Assembly: GCA_030704615.1 (NCBI GenBank)
Contig: CM060734.1
Span: 33,790,001 to 33,854,000 of the forward strand
Length of the DNA: 64,000 nucleotides
Source: Takakia lepidozioides
Lineage: Eukaryota > Plantae > Bryophyta
Direction: 5' to 3'
Shown here: positions 63,801-64,000 of the stretch, piece after piece
Layout of the letters: each line of letters opens with the position of its first letter
How positions within the stretch are numbered: the first letter of the stretch is position 1
Program-made: the position numbers and the translations under genes
Notes under the pieces: generated by a model
The model's input: only the letters and a program-made list of their open reading frames with translations
Databases searched by the model: none
What the model was told of the DNA's origin: nothing

Positions 63801-64000
63801 TTTTGTTTTTTTTTTGTTTTTTTGTTTTGGTATGCTCAGGGAACGCCACTTGTTTCTAGAAATCCACATCTTGAAGAGGAGGAGAGATTCGGCTCATGTA
63901 AGAGGAAATTAAACACCCCACCTGGTTCGGATTCCGATTCGCACAGGGCAGACCGTGATAACTTTTCGAAGCCTCGTGTTCCCCTGCATGACAAATCCAT

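Overview
Eukaryotic, transposon-dense window, most likely from a bryophyte-grade land plant (inference from PLS-class PPR fragments, SERK fragments, an intron-rich peroxisomal enoyl-CoA isomerase and Tcn1-like chromoviruses). It holds one near-intact host gene (ECI, 37936-42323, minus) among nested, decayed TEs. The main result is a Ty3/Gypsy retrotransposon whose pol reading frame carries a complete DNMT3-like cytosine-5 methyltransferase domain between protease and reverse transcriptase. The element lies in three pieces: LTR-gag-PR N-terminus on the minus strand (8742-13818), the middle of PR (21356-21548), and PR C-terminus-DNMT-RT-RNaseH (28127-31155). It was split by a 6.6-kb CACTA element carrying PPR fragments (removal restores the frame exactly) and by an inferred ~12.6-kb inversion. 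Other content: a Tat/Athila-like element with a long extra 3' ORF, a MULE with a Ulp1 protease and CAGAC-rich non-coding DNA, a self-priming chromovirus in two opposite halves (possible second ~20-kb inversion), a Gypsy element with a dUTPase-like domain in the same PR-RT slot, a hAT MITE and several tandem arrays. All calls are from manual reading; no searches were run.
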